Below, in pieces: positions 45,079-54,167 of a stretch of DNA of 64,000 nt. Each line of letters opens with the position of its first letter. Position 1 is the stretch's first letter. The position numbers and the translations under genes are program-made. The notes beneath the pieces are model-generated. The model saw only the letters and a program-made list of their open reading frames with translations, had not been told where the DNA came from and ran no database searches. This stretch comes from a virus (Duplodnaviria > Heunggongvirae > Uroviricota > Caudoviricetes), in the IMG/VR virus record IMGVR_UViG_3300025913_000020; one strand, 5' to 3'.

Positions 45079-45392
45079 TCGTCATCACTCAACGCCAGAT
45101 GATCGAAAGCGTCGTGCAGCGGTGGAAAGACACGTACGGCGCGGATAGCAATGTCGGCAGACGCCTGGAGACATTCCGGGCGCTCCAAAAGCTCGATCTC
45201 AAGACCGCGACTGCCGAGGAAGTGGACAAGATCATCGGCAATAATCACTGGACCACCTGCCTCTGCCACGAATGCCGTCAACACGTCACGGACTTCATCC
45301 GCGTGGGCACGACCGGGATCGAGTTCGATGATGGCTCAACCTTCAACATCTGCCACGAATGCCTCCACAAGGCGTTCGCCCTCGTCCAATGA
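45075..45392 (+). CDS. Hypothetical Zn-binding protein
   Basis: CHEC...ICHECL. Confidence 0.6.
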   Translation: MIVITQRQMIESVVQRWKDTYGADSNVGRRLETFRALQKLDLKTATAEEVDKIIGNNHWTTCLCHECRQHVTDFIRVGTTGIEFDDGSTFNICHECLHKAFALVQ

Positions 45393-45784
45393 CACGCGAA
45401 GACTGGCTGGCCCGTTTCAATCAGCACAAGGAAGTCCTTACGAGCTTCGTAGCAGGCTGGCACCCACGCTCCATCCTCTATGGCAAGCAGGAGAACGTCG
45501 AGCTGCCCATCACCGCTCCCAACGCGGAAATAGCCTGCGAGGAAGCGCGCAGCCAGATTGGCCCAGTCGATGTGTTCAAGAAGTGGAGCAAGGCCGTCCA
45601 GGAACAAGATGCCGATACTCTCAGCCAGATGCTCAGCTCCGCCTGGTTCGGTGTCCCCGAAAGCACGAGCTGCTGGCAGATCACCGGCTTCAAGGAGGCC
45701 GTGGACCTGTTGGACGACCCGATTGAATACGACGAGCCGCCTGAAGACATGGAGACACCGCCAGCGGGCCAGTTGGAAGGGTGA
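45389..45784 (+). CDS. Hypothetical protein
   Basis: ATGA-coupled MTREDWL. Confidence 0.6.
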   Translation: MTREDWLARFNQHKEVLTSFVAGWHPRSILYGKQENVELPITAPNAEIACEEARSQIGPVDVFKKWSKAVQEQDADTLSQMLSSAWFGVPESTSCWQITGFKEAVDLLDDPIEYDEPPEDMETPPAGQLEG

Positions 45785-45860
45785 GCGCCAGGTGTTTAAT
45801 GAGAGCAAAGAATCTTTAGACTCTGTCCACGGTTCTCCCGTAGCACTATTCCCGACGCCA

Positions 45861-45867
45861 GTAGTTA
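45861..45867 (+). promoter_or_regulatory. GTAGTTA-N4-start motif
   Basis: GTAGTTA-gaac-GTG 45872. Confidence 0.5.
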
Positions 45868-45871
45868 GAAC

Positions 45872-46150
45872 GTGATTCCAACGAAGCTGTGCCAGAACCT
45901 GGATGAAGTCAAAGCCCTCGGCGACTACTTCATTGACCGCCGCAACCCCGCCAGACCCGCCATCTTCATCTTTCTGCCTCACGACACCGTTCCCTCCTAC
46001 TTGAGGCTCTACCAGGTGAATCGTGAAGGCGGAGACAACTCCTGGTGGCAGCTCAGCGGTCCAGACGAAAGACCCACACTGCACCCGAGCATCAACGCGC
46101 CCGGACTGTGGCACGGTTATCTTCGTGATGGACAACTCGTCGAGTGTTAG
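45872..46150 (+). CDS. DUF6527-like protein (second copy; TAG-terminated)
   Basis: W.L.G....PTLHPSI....WHGYL.DG.L.EC. Confidence 0.55.
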   Translation: MIPTKLCQNLDEVKALGDYFIDRRNPARPAIFIFLPHDTVPSYLRLYQVNREGGDNSWWQLSGPDERPTLHPSINAPGLWHGYLRDGQLVEC

Positions 46151-46163
46151 GTTCTATAAAAGC

Positions 46164-46385
46164 ATGTATGCGGTCATGCCAGTGGGAATGGATCGAATAG
46201 GGAACACGTTCTGGCCGGATGGCATTCCCAAAGGCAGCTCCAAGCCCGCTCACTACGACCGCTACGTGGACAGCCACGGAGTCGAATTCTCCATCTGCTA
46301 CACCCAGGCCCAGATTGAAGCCCAGGTGAAACGCCAGTGCTGCTTCGCTCCCTATTTCCCACTCACCATCTGCGGCGACATTTAA
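46164..46385 (+). CDS. Hypothetical protein
   Basis: GTTCT 8 nt before the ATG. Confidence 0.5.
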   Translation: MYAVMPVGMDRIGNTFWPDGIPKGSSKPAHYDRYVDSHGVEFSICYTQAQIEAQVKRQCCFAPYFPLTICGDI

Positions 46386-46397
46386 GTTCTCTCAGTG

Positions 46398-46730
46398 GTG
46401 AGTGAACCCGCACCCAAGCGCAAATGGTACGATCGTGACCCGGCAGAGCTGAAAGCCCTCCAGGGAGATTCCGCCTACGAGACACCCGCCCAGAAGATCA
46501 TCCGTCAGGAGGCCCGCATCAAAGAGCTGGAAGCCCTGGTGCTCGCCATGCAGGAGGACGCCGAGGATTACATCCAGCAGATAAAGACCCTCAAGGAGAA
46601 TCACCGCAGCTACCTGTCACAGAAGCAAATTGCGGACGACCTGAAGGACGAGCTGTTCGAAGTAAAGCTTAAGCTGAAGCGCTTGGAGTGGGCGGAGACA
46701 CTGAGGAACAAGCAGAGCCATCAGGAGTGA
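46398..46730 (+). CDS. Coiled-coil hypothetical protein
   Basis: GTTCT 7 nt before GTG 46398; heptad-rich. Confidence 0.6.
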   Translation: MSEPAPKRKWYDRDPAELKALQGDSAYETPAQKIIRQEARIKELEALVLAMQEDAEDYIQQIKTLKENHRSYLSQKQIADDLKDELFEVKLKLKRLEWAETLRNKQSHQE

Positions 46731-47131
46731 AACCTGTCATCCAGACCATCTTTGGGGACCGGGTGGGAAACTGCTTCACCGCCTGTCTGGCGTCGCTATT
46801 GGAAGTCCCGCTCGAAAGCCTGGCCATCGACCCAGACGAGTTCAAGTGGCTCGATGACACGCAACGAGCACTGAAGCCCCACGGACTGTTCTACCTGGAA
46901 ATCCGGTTAGATGTGGCCGTCAATTATCCTACCTACGCCATGAAGGAGCGGCTGTGCATTATGACCGGTAAAAGCCCACGGGGAGACTTCCTGCACGCGG
47001 TGGTGGGGAAGATCGGCCACAACGATGCGGACAACACCGTCATCTACGAACTGGTGCATGATCCACACCCATCAGGCCGGGGCATTGAGGGCAATCCAAA
47101 GGCCATCGGATTCCTCGTGAAAGATTTGTGA
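46727..47131 (+). CDS. Conserved phage hypothetical protein (papain-like C...H pattern)
   Basis: GNCFTACLASLLE...G.SPRG..LHAVV...HDPHP. Confidence 0.6.
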   Translation: MKPVIQTIFGDRVGNCFTACLASLLEVPLESLAIDPDEFKWLDDTQRALKPHGLFYLEIRLDVAVNYPTYAMKERLCIMTGKSPRGDFLHAVVGKIGHNDADNTVIYELVHDPHPSGRGIEGNPKAIGFLVKDL

Positions 47132-47146
47132 GTATTCGGAGCAGCG

Positions 47147-47167
47147 CTATTGACGGCGAGTCAATAG
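47147..47167. terminator. Inverted repeat, possible terminator or operator
   Basis: CTATTGAC-GGCGA-GTCAATAG after the stop at 47131; no long U-tract. Confidence 0.35.
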
Positions 47168-47174
47168 GAAACGT

Positions 47175-47202
47175 TTGACAAACGAACGGAAAATTGTAAA
47201 CA
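47175..47202 (+). promoter_or_regulatory. sigma70-like promoter with TGTAAACA
   Basis: TTGACA-N16-TAAACA. Confidence 0.65.
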
Positions 47203-47315
47203 TTCTGATGTGCGAGAAAATGATACTGTCGTAAACATTATGTGCGAGAGGATGGTGGCGTCCAAATAACCTTCTTGGTGATCTGCGTCCCCGACCTCGC
47301 ACGCGTAAACAATCT

Positions 47316-47546
47316 ATGAAAAGAGTCTGTGCTCCCCTGTTCGTGACCCTGGTGCTTGGCATCATCATCTACATGATCGGCCTCATCATTCACTCGCTCT
47401 ACACCGGCAGCTTCCCGCGAATTCCTGGTCCACCCATCTACCGCGCAAGCAGCCCAGGCTGGTTCTGGTTTGACATCCTGCTCTCCGCCGCAGTTGCTGT
47501 GTACGGCGTCATGATCCTTTACTTCGACTGGAAGAAACTCAAATGA
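47316..47546 (+). CDS. Small membrane protein (two TM)
   Basis: Two hydrophobic stretches. Confidence 0.6.
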   Translation: MKRVCAPLFVTLVLGIIIYMIGLIIHSLYTGSFPRIPGPPIYRASSPGWFWFDILLSAAVAVYGVMILYFDWKKLK

Positions 47547-47905
47547 TCACTGAAGTCACCACCATCACTCCTCCGCGCATGACGAATAAGTTTCGCATCT
47601 CGCGCTACATCACGGCTGCCGCTGTCCTGCTCACTGACGACATGGAGGAAATCAACGAGGCGGTCCTTTCGCGCACGGCGTACCTCATCGAGCAGATATG
47701 GCGATTTCAATTTATCGAGTTCACGCACAAGTACCAGGTCACCGACTTTTGGAAGCGGGTGGCTGTTCAGGCAGGCAAGAGTCCTGACATCGGCGCGCTG
47801 AAGATTTCGTGGACGGGCGACAACAGCTCTTGCAAAGTGCAAATTCTGGTGAAGACAGAGACCGGAAAAGTCTTTCATCAGATTGACATTGAAGCCCGGC
47901 GCTGA
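47543..47905 (+). CDS. Hypothetical protein
   Basis: ATGA overlap. Confidence 0.55.
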   Translation: MITEVTTITPPRMTNKFRISRYITAAAVLLTDDMEEINEAVLSRTAYLIEQIWRFQFIEFTHKYQVTDFWKRVAVQAGKSPDIGALKISWTGDNSSCKVQILVKTETGKVFHQIDIEARR

Positions 47906-47908
47906 ATT

Positions 47909-48070
47909 ATGGCACTGACGAAGAAACGTAAACAAAAGATGGAGGATCGGGCCGCTATCAGGTACGTAGGCTACCACGAGTGGGTGTGCGGCAATCAGAA
48001 TGGATACGCTTACGGGAAGGGCTACATGGCTGGCTTCCGGGCTGGCCGCCGCGTAGCGAGAAAGAAGTGA
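47909..48070 (+). CDS. Small hypothetical protein (53 aa)
   Basis: Manual ORF MALTKKRKQ...RVARKK filling the gap exactly. Confidence 0.5.
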   Translation: MALTKKRKQKMEDRAAIRYVGYHEWVCGNQNGYAYGKGYMAGFRAGRRVARKK

Positions 48071-48073
48071 TTT

Positions 48074-48463
48074 ATGGCAATGACGAAAAAAGAGAAGGCC
48101 GCGCATGACGCGGAGATTGACAGACTGACCACTCGTTTGGCATTATGCTGGACTCCCGAAATCAAGCCAGACGTGCCTCACCCCACAAGCGACAGCACGT
48201 TTAGGAGTGGCCAGCGGATGACCGTTGGCTGGCAGCCGTTCTTCGACCGTGTTGAGCCAGGCTGCTCCACTTCCTGCAACCATGGCCGCTTTCAGACCAC
48301 GCGAGTTGATAGCCAGCAGCCGGTTGATCTGTACAGCACACGGCTATTGGCGTTGCGCGCTCTCCGTCATCAACTGGAGCTGCGCTTTGCAAACGAACTG
48401 AAGCGGATCGACGAACAGATTCAGCGAGAGACGGATAACCCAACCCCACTGCCCGCGAAATGA
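48074..48463 (+). CDS. Hypothetical protein
   Basis: Array member. Confidence 0.6.
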   Translation: MAMTKKEKAAHDAEIDRLTTRLALCWTPEIKPDVPHPTSDSTFRSGQRMTVGWQPFFDRVEPGCSTSCNHGRFQTTRVDSQQPVDLYSTRLLALRALRHQLELRFANELKRIDEQIQRETDNPTPLPAK

Positions 48464-48729
48464 GCGAAAGAGTTGAGCGTTTCGAGGACATGAGTCCCAG
48501 GGGTCGCCTGGTGCTCCACCGCCAGGACGACGGCGACATCATTGTGTCCGTCATGCCCGATGACAAGCAGTGTGACGGAAAGCGCCTGCTATCACCGTTC
48601 GGTGTGTCGGCAGAGTTCTGCACGGTCGGCAGCGGTGGTGGCCAATCTCCTCATACTCGCAGGGCGCTGACGGCTCTGTGGGAAGCCATCGAGCTGGATA
48701 ACAAAGAGAATCCTCAACACCGTGAATGA
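48460..48729 (+). CDS. Hypothetical protein
   Basis: ATGA overlap. Confidence 0.6.
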   Translation: MSERVERFEDMSPRGRLVLHRQDDGDIIVSVMPDDKQCDGKRLLSPFGVSAEFCTVGSGGGQSPHTRRALTALWEAIELDNKENPQHRE

Positions 48730-48732
48730 GAT

Positions 48733-48993
48733 ATGAGCAATGAAAATGATAAACCCGCCCCACTGCCCCGTGAGATGATGGACCGGTGGGCGGCCAGGCT
48801 TCCTGATCGTACCACCATCCTGGACTTCTGGGACTGGTTGACCAAGAAGCACGCCGGAGTGAAGCTCGGCCTGTACCTCGATGAGATCGACATCGAGAAA
48901 GAGCTGAACGAATATCACGAGATCGACAAAAGGAAACTGGACGATGAGCGCCGAGCTGCCCTCGAACGACAACGCCAATTCTCTGAGTCGTGA
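48733..48993 (+). CDS. Hypothetical protein
   Basis: Array member. Confidence 0.6.
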   Translation: MSNENDKPAPLPREMMDRWAARLPDRTTILDFWDWLTKKHAGVKLGLYLDEIDIEKELNEYHEIDKRKLDDERRAALERQRQFSES

Positions 48994-49177
48994 GGCGTTC
49001 ATCGCCGAGCTGGATCGCTTGATCGCCGTCGCGCCTAACCTCGGTGCCAAAGGCGTGCTGATGACGCTTAGGGCTGCTATACACGAGGAGCGTGAGTGGG
49101 TGCTCCTGGAGCACTGCCAGGAATTTGCGCGCCAGTCCCTCGAACAACTTCAGCAGATGAAGAATACCAAGAATTAG
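48944..49177 (+). CDS. Hypothetical protein (TAG-terminated)
   Basis: Array member; weakly similar to the C-terminus of 58808-59227. Confidence 0.5.
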   Translation: MSAELPSNDNANSLSREAFIAELDRLIAVAPNLGAKGVLMTLRAAIHEEREWVLLEHCQEFARQSLEQLQQMKNTKN

Positions 49178-49178
49178 T

Positions 49179-49331
49179 ATGAAGAAACAAAGAATCCCTC
49201 GTAAACAATCTCTCCGCTGGTGCCAGGCCCGACTGCGCCGATTACGTTCTAAAAAGAAGGACGAGCTGAGTGTGCGCCAGTTCGTTCGCATCCGTGAACT
49301 GGAGCGCGCCATCGCTGCTTGTCGTCAATGA
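49179..49331 (+). CDS. Small basic hypothetical protein (50 aa)
   Basis: Manual ORF MKKQRIPRK...; ATGA-coupled to the next gene. Confidence 0.45.
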   Translation: MKKQRIPRKQSLRWCQARLRRLRSKKKDELSVRQFVRIRELERAIAACRQ

Positions 49332-49690
49332 TGGAAGGATTGCCATGGTGGAAAGTGATGCTGATCGTGCTCGCGATCTGCATTCCGCTTATCATCGTAA
49401 ATGAGATCATCCTGCGTGTGCGAAAGTACCGCGCCAAGGTGACCAAAGGTCTGTTCGATCTCGATAAGCGCGCCCAGGAGTGCCCGGACTCGGAGGTCGA
49501 ACAGTTGTGGTCGGACGTGTGCTGGTTCGAGGTCGAGACCTACAAAAACCATTTCCAGCACCTGAAGATGATCTCCATCATGGCTTACGTCCAGGGCCGC
49601 CGTGCCCACATCAAACGTGACACCGCTGCTGCAAAAATTACTGGAGGCCAAACGCCATCAGCGCCTCCATCTGATCAATCTGCCGATTGA
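49328..49690 (+). CDS. Membrane-anchored hypothetical protein
   Basis: N-terminal TM segment. Confidence 0.55.
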   Translation: MMEGLPWWKVMLIVLAICIPLIIVNEIILRVRKYRAKVTKGLFDLDKRAQECPDSEVEQLWSDVCWFEVETYKNHFQHLKMISIMAYVQGRRAHIKRDTAAAKITGGQTPSAPPSDQSAD

Positions 49691-50108
49691 GGAAAAGCTC
49701 ACCATCATGGAGAGGCTGCGTGACCAGGCCATTCTCCTGCGTAATACCCGCCGACGCATGATCTCTCCCCGCATCCAGGCCCTGGCCGACAAATATAAAG
49801 TTCCGGTCAACCGCTTTCCCACTGACGTTGAGCGCAACCATGGTGCCAGCGCCGGTGACGACATCATGCTCGGAGAGTTTGACGATCCTGACATCGAGCT
49901 GGTCGCCTTCTTCCATGAGCTTGGCCACGTGCTGATGAATCGCCGCGTCCACCGTGGCTGTTCGATGTGTACTCTTTCACGCGAGGGCATGGCCTGGGAG
50001 ATGGGTCTCGACGCCGCCTGGGCTGAGGGCTACACGTGGGAATACCAGAGCAAGGAGATGGCCTGGGCGCGTGCTCAGTTAAAAACTTACGCTGACGCGC
50101 ACAAATAG
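49602..50108 (+). CDS. ImmA/IrrE-like zinc metallopeptidase (TAG-terminated; start uncertain)
   Basis: FFHELGH plus downstream E.MAW. Confidence 0.5.
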   Translation: MPTSNVTPLLQKLLEAKRHQRLHLINLPIEEKLTIMERLRDQAILLRNTRRRMISPRIQALADKYKVPVNRFPTDVERNHGASAGDDIMLGEFDDPDIELVAFFHELGHVLMNRRVHRGCSMCTLSREGMAWEMGLDAAWAEGYTWEYQSKEMAWARAQLKTYADAHK

Positions 50109-50109
50109 C

Positions 50110-50137
50110 TTGCACGGAACTAAAAATTGTTTACAAA
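50110..50137 (+). promoter_or_regulatory. sigma70-like promoter with TTGTTTACAA
   Basis: TTGCAC-N16-TACAAA, 7 nt before ATG 50145. Confidence 0.55.
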
Positions 50138-50144
50138 GTTTGGC

Positions 50145-50609
50145 ATGGCAGAAAAACCTGTGCTTTCGACCGAACACGCTGAACACGTCCGTCACCTGAT
50201 TGGCAATCCGATCTTCGCTATCGAGACTGTCCTTCCAAGTCTCACCCGCTCCATCGAGAAGGGTGAGACTGCCGAGGCGAATCGAATCATCACCGCCATC
50301 CAGCGCTGCATCGAGACTGCCAAGCAGCGGCTGCATGATCTCGACGTGGCACCCGACACCGAGGTCAAGTTCGAGGAGTTCAAACCGGATGAGGAAGGCG
50401 GCATCGGCCTCATGCCCATGGCGGAGTTCATCAACAGCGTGAAAGCTAATGCGATCACGGATGACGATGGCACGGGCTTCTTCGTCACGACCACGCTCGA
50501 TAACAATAGCCGGACCATGGAGAGCAACAAGCGCGTCGTTCCCAGTGAGATCGCACGCGGCACTCCCATTCCACCCTGGGCCACCCACGTTGCCTGGTAC
50601 TCCAAGTGA
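50145..50609 (+). CDS. Hypothetical protein
   Basis: MAEKPVL...; C-terminal DDDG.G...W.TH..W.SK. Confidence 0.6.
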   Translation: MAEKPVLSTEHAEHVRHLIGNPIFAIETVLPSLTRSIEKGETAEANRIITAIQRCIETAKQRLHDLDVAPDTEVKFEEFKPDEEGGIGLMPMAEFINSVKANAITDDDGTGFFVTTTLDNNSRTMESNKRVVPSEIARGTPIPPWATHVAWYSK

Positions 50610-50923
50610 GCGCTCATCAAACACCAGAACATGTAGCGAACTGTCTTGCTTCGAAGGCGGCCCGTGCGGTGCCACCCGACGTGCTCGAACATCCCATGCC
50701 ATTCCCGGTTCGCCTGGACTACGCGGCCAAGCGGATCAGGAGCGCCACTCATCTGCAACTGTACGAGGAAGTGCGCCAGGCGGCAGAAGCGCTCAAGCTC
50801 GGTCTCTGGTCCTGCTGTCAGGATGGCGAGCATAGCCCCATGCGGTCCTACTGCATCCCAGGTCGGCAGCTTCAGCACGCGCTGGACAGACTCGATGCGA
50901 TGCTCAAACTCGATCAAATATGA
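50606..50923 (+). CDS. Hypothetical protein
   Basis: GTGA overlap. Confidence 0.55.
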   Translation: MSAHQTPEHVANCLASKAARAVPPDVLEHPMPFPVRLDYAAKRIRSATHLQLYEEVRQAAEALKLGLWSCCQDGEHSPMRSYCIPGRQLQHALDRLDAMLKLDQI

Positions 50924-51246
50924 CTGACCACAATCGCTTCATGACCGGCTACAAAATCATCGTCACCGAGTATTCCGGCAAGGTGACCGGTGACGACGTG
51001 ATCTACACGAACAAGGAGGCGGCTGATTATCTGTTTGCTCAACAGAATCAGAGCGTTCGCACTGAGACTTCACCAGAGGTCAAACTGGAGAAGGTCACCT
51101 ACACTCCTCGCCCCAATTCCAATGAAGGCGTGATCGGTCGGATGCTGCACACTTTGAACAACTGCACGCGTCGCGACTGTGTGCGCGAGACAGCGCTGAG
51201 TAAACTTACGCAGGAAGAAATCAACGCCATCCAGGACCTACAATGA
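50920..51246 (+). CDS. Hypothetical protein
   Basis: ATGA overlap. Confidence 0.6.
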   Translation: MTDHNRFMTGYKIIVTEYSGKVTGDDVIYTNKEAADYLFAQQNQSVRTETSPEVKLEKVTYTPRPNSNEGVIGRMLHTLNNCTRRDCVRETALSKLTQEEINAIQDLQ

Positions 51247-51500
51247 AAAAGCCCATTACTTTTGAACAGGCCGTCACTCACATGGAGGAAATCCACGCTC
51301 TCGCCCACCAGGTGATGAAGCGCGATTATCCCGTGGACGCCATCATCACGTACAAGATCGGCACCGCACTGCACGTGGTGGCGACCGTCATCGACCACGG
51401 CATCGGACTGCGACTGAAGGTGCGCGGCCAGAACTCCGGGAAGGAATACTGGGTGGATGCGCGCCGGGTGACTTCCGTTCTATCTCAGTCAGTGAGATAG
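51243..51500 (+). CDS. Hypothetical protein (TAG-terminated)
   Basis: ATGA overlap. Confidence 0.6.
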   Translation: MKKPITFEQAVTHMEEIHALAHQVMKRDYPVDAIITYKIGTALHVVATVIDHGIGLRLKVRGQNSGKEYWVDARRVTSVLSQSVR

Positions 51501-51514
51501 CGGAGAACCAAACA

Positions 51515-52144
51515 ATGAAAATCTTATTTTGCGGCAAATGCTATGGGATGCGGTCGTTTGAGATGGACGACACCGGCGATGGCCATCATCCCTGGACGTA
51601 CTGCGATTGTAAACAAATGGCGGCTCGGTGGGAGAATCCTGATCTCGGTACGGTCCAGGTCCTGTCGATGGTGCCCGAGCGCGCCTTCATCATCGGGATG
51701 AACAATAACTTTCTGCGCGATGCCGTCCACCGCAGTCCGATGTCCAACGAGGATTGGCAGAAGTCGCACGCGATGGCCACGTTGGCACCTGACCACGTGT
51801 TCGATGCTCATCGCCGGGCGTGTTGGGCCTGCGTGCTTCAGGTGGGCACCACTACCGACATCAGTTGGCATCCGGCCCAGGAGAAGATCAAGATGGGGAT
51901 GACTATCGAGGAAGCACTGTTCGAACCGTGCTCCGTCAAGGTAAACAGCACCGCTAAGCAGGTGGATAAGCTGTTTCTCAACTATGACGACATTGTCGCG
52001 CTCGCGGGTCACGATCCGATGAAGGGCGTGCTTTACTCGATCACCTATCACGGCAAGACCAGCGAAGGTAGCATCTGGCCTGGCAAAATCCTGAAGGTGG
52101 AAGCGGACATGTACATCTCCTGCGTGTTCACTGGCAACGCGTGA
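51515..52144 (+). CDS. Two-module hypothetical protein (Zn-binding N-terminus, ubiquitin-like beta-grasp-type C-terminus)
   Basis: CGKC...CDC; C-terminal IKVN...LNYDDIV.LAG......ITY. Confidence 0.55.
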   Translation: MKILFCGKCYGMRSFEMDDTGDGHHPWTYCDCKQMAARWENPDLGTVQVLSMVPERAFIIGMNNNFLRDAVHRSPMSNEDWQKSHAMATLAPDHVFDAHRRACWACVLQVGTTTDISWHPAQEKIKMGMTIEEALFEPCSVKVNSTAKQVDKLFLNYDDIVALAGHDPMKGVLYSITYHGKTSEGSIWPGKILKVEADMYISCVFTGNA

Positions 52145-52281
52145 AGACGATCTCGATCAAAGCGCGCTATCCCTGGTGGCACAGCCGGAGGATTCATTTC
52201 CGCCGACGCTGGCCGTTCATCACCATCTGCTGCGGTGGCACGTGCATGTGCGACATCAATGACATTCTCGATCAAATATGA
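52141..52281 (+). CDS. Small hypothetical protein (46 aa)
   Basis: Manual ORF with GTGA/ATGA overlaps on both sides. Confidence 0.45.
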   Translation: MKTISIKARYPWWHSRRIHFRRRWPFITICCGGTCMCDINDILDQI

Positions 52282-52727
52282 ACATTCTCAAAGTAAAACG
52301 CATCCATCCTGAAGCCAAACTCCCCACGGTCGCTCACCCTGGCGAGGACTTGGCCTATGACCTGTATGCACTCGAATCTGCCAAGGCGGCGGCACACACT
52401 GTTTGCAAGCTGCGAACCGGGATCGCGGCCAACGCATTCAAGACTGATAAAGATTTCGGTCTGCCTGTAGTGAGACTCGGCCTCTTGCTTAAGACTCGTT
52501 CTGGCATGGCCAGTTTTGGTTTCACAGTTGAGGGTGGCGTGATCGACCCGAGATACACTGGTGAGATCATTGTTCTTCTCTCTTGCAAGTACGACTTCAC
52601 CATCAACCCAGGGGATAAGATCGCCCAGGCGGTGCCAGTCGAAGTCCTCACCGGCGAGGTCATCGAGGTTGAGGAGCTGGAGGCAGGCGCACGCGGTGAA
52701 AAAGGATTTGGAAGCACAGGACGTTAA
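52278..52727 (+). CDS. dut: Trimeric dUTPase
   Basis: AYDL, RSGMA, GGVIDPRYTGEI, IAQAV, RGEKGFGSTG. Confidence 0.9.
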   Translation: MNILKVKRIHPEAKLPTVAHPGEDLAYDLYALESAKAAAHTVCKLRTGIAANAFKTDKDFGLPVVRLGLLLKTRSGMASFGFTVEGGVIDPRYTGEIIVLLSCKYDFTINPGDKIAQAVPVEVLTGEVIEVEELEAGARGEKGFGSTGR

Positions 52728-52728
52728 T

Positions 52729-53226
52729 ATGAGTGACATTAAGATTCGTAGGATGGAGCCGCGTGATATTTCACCGGTCCTGTCAATGATCAAACAGAAT
52801 TGGGACGAGGAGTCTGAGACCCTGGCTGCGAAGGAAATCATTTCCGCGTTCGCCGGTGCCACTCCACAACCGATTTACTTCGTTGCTGTCCTGGACACGG
52901 CCATCATCGGTGCCATCGGCATCTGTGACTCGCACATGGACACGCGCATCTACGAAATCTTCTGGGTGAACGTTCATCCCACCTGGCAGGATTCAGGCGT
53001 GGGCAGGTTGCTTGTTACCCATGCCTTGGAGTTTGCCGATTGCGAGGATGCGGCACTGGTGATCCTGACCACCAAGCCCAAGACGCTGCCGTTCTACCAG
53101 AAACTGGGATTTCACATATTGGCACCCAGTTACCCTGAGAAGCTGTTGGAATCGGACTTCCTCATGCAGGCCAAGCCCAGGGAAGCAGTTGCTTTTATTG
53201 CCATGAGAGAAAGGACTGTCGAATGA
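52729..53226 (+). CDS. GNAT acetyltransferase
   Basis: IRRMEPRD, IIGAIG, VNVHPTWQDSGVGRLL, FYQKLGF. Confidence 0.8.
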   Translation: MSDIKIRRMEPRDISPVLSMIKQNWDEESETLAAKEIISAFAGATPQPIYFVAVLDTAIIGAIGICDSHMDTRIYEIFWVNVHPTWQDSGVGRLLVTHALEFADCEDAALVILTTKPKTLPFYQKLGFHILAPSYPEKLLESDFLMQAKPREAVAFIAMRERTVE

Positions 53227-53444
53227 CTGTAGGTGAACTCAAAGCCCGGCTGGCCGGTTTCAAAGACGACGTGCCGGTACTGATGGAAGACTTCACCATG
53301 CGTGAGATTCACGAAGTGCAGTCTGTATCTGAGGACCGCATGTGCGAGTGGATCGCACAGCAAATGCGCGAGGTCTGTGTGCTCTCGATTAACAAGAATC
53401 GCAATGCCACCACGGCCAGGAGGGTCCGGGAGGAGAAGCGATGA
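53223..53444 (+). CDS. Hypothetical protein
   Basis: MTVGELKARL..F.DD..V pattern common in phages. Confidence 0.6.
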   Translation: MTVGELKARLAGFKDDVPVLMEDFTMREIHEVQSVSEDRMCEWIAQQMREVCVLSINKNRNATTARRVREEKR

Positions 53445-53818
53445 GCGAGGCCACCGAGGCGCAGAAGTCGTGGACGCCGCTCGATAGCCAGATCGACTAC
53501 GTGTGCGGACTGCTGGAAGCCGTGTGCTGGCTGTGGCGTGATGAGGATGAACAAACGGTCTTGCTTATCATCACAAGAAAGTTTACAAAAACTTGGCCGT
53601 TCATTTGGCGCATGTTCCCGGCACCCCACCAGGAGCTTTGCGCCAAGTTATTTTGGGATACCGTCGTGCAGCGCTATAACCGGCGCTGCATTCGTCTTGT
53701 CGAGGTCGTGTTCGGCGAGCAGGTGAATCCCAAGCGTGACGGCAGTGTGGCGCTGATTCGTGTGCAACCGGCGCACTGTGCTGAGTGGATTGAACTGAAG
53801 ATCAAAGTCGATGAGTGA
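53441..53818 (+). CDS. Hypothetical protein
   Basis: ATGA overlap. Confidence 0.55.
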   Translation: MSEATEAQKSWTPLDSQIDYVCGLLEAVCWLWRDEDEQTVLLIITRKFTKTWPFIWRMFPAPHQELCAKLFWDTVVQRYNRRCIRLVEVVFGEQVNPKRDGSVALIRVQPAHCAEWIELKIKVDE

Positions 53819-54167
53819 GAAGACCTGGAAGCTGAAGCGGACGGTGCAGTGTGCCAAGTGCCCCTGGCGCGTGGATACCAATCCGCATGACATCCCCAAC
53901 GGCTACGATGTCGAGAAGCACAAGAACCTGCGGCGTACGATCGCAACGCCCGGCGATCTTCGCACTATTTTCGCCCGCGAGGCCCGCGTCATGGCCTGCC
54001 ACGAGGATCACGAGGCACACTGTATCGGCTGGCTAATGAACCAGATCGGCCCAGGGAATAATCTCGGCCTGCGCATCAGGCTGACGACGTGTGAGAATGC
54101 CCGCGACATCAAATTGATTGGAGAGCAGCATGAGACTTTCGAAGATACGCTTCCACAGGATGTTTGA
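53811..54167 (+). CDS. DUF6283-like Cys-rich protein
   Basis: CAKCPWR...MACH...HC.GWL. Confidence 0.6.
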   Translation: MSEKTWKLKRTVQCAKCPWRVDTNPHDIPNGYDVEKHKNLRRTIATPGDLRTIFAREARVMACHEDHEAHCIGWLMNQIGPGNNLGLRIRLTTCENARDIKLIGEQHETFEDTLPQDV

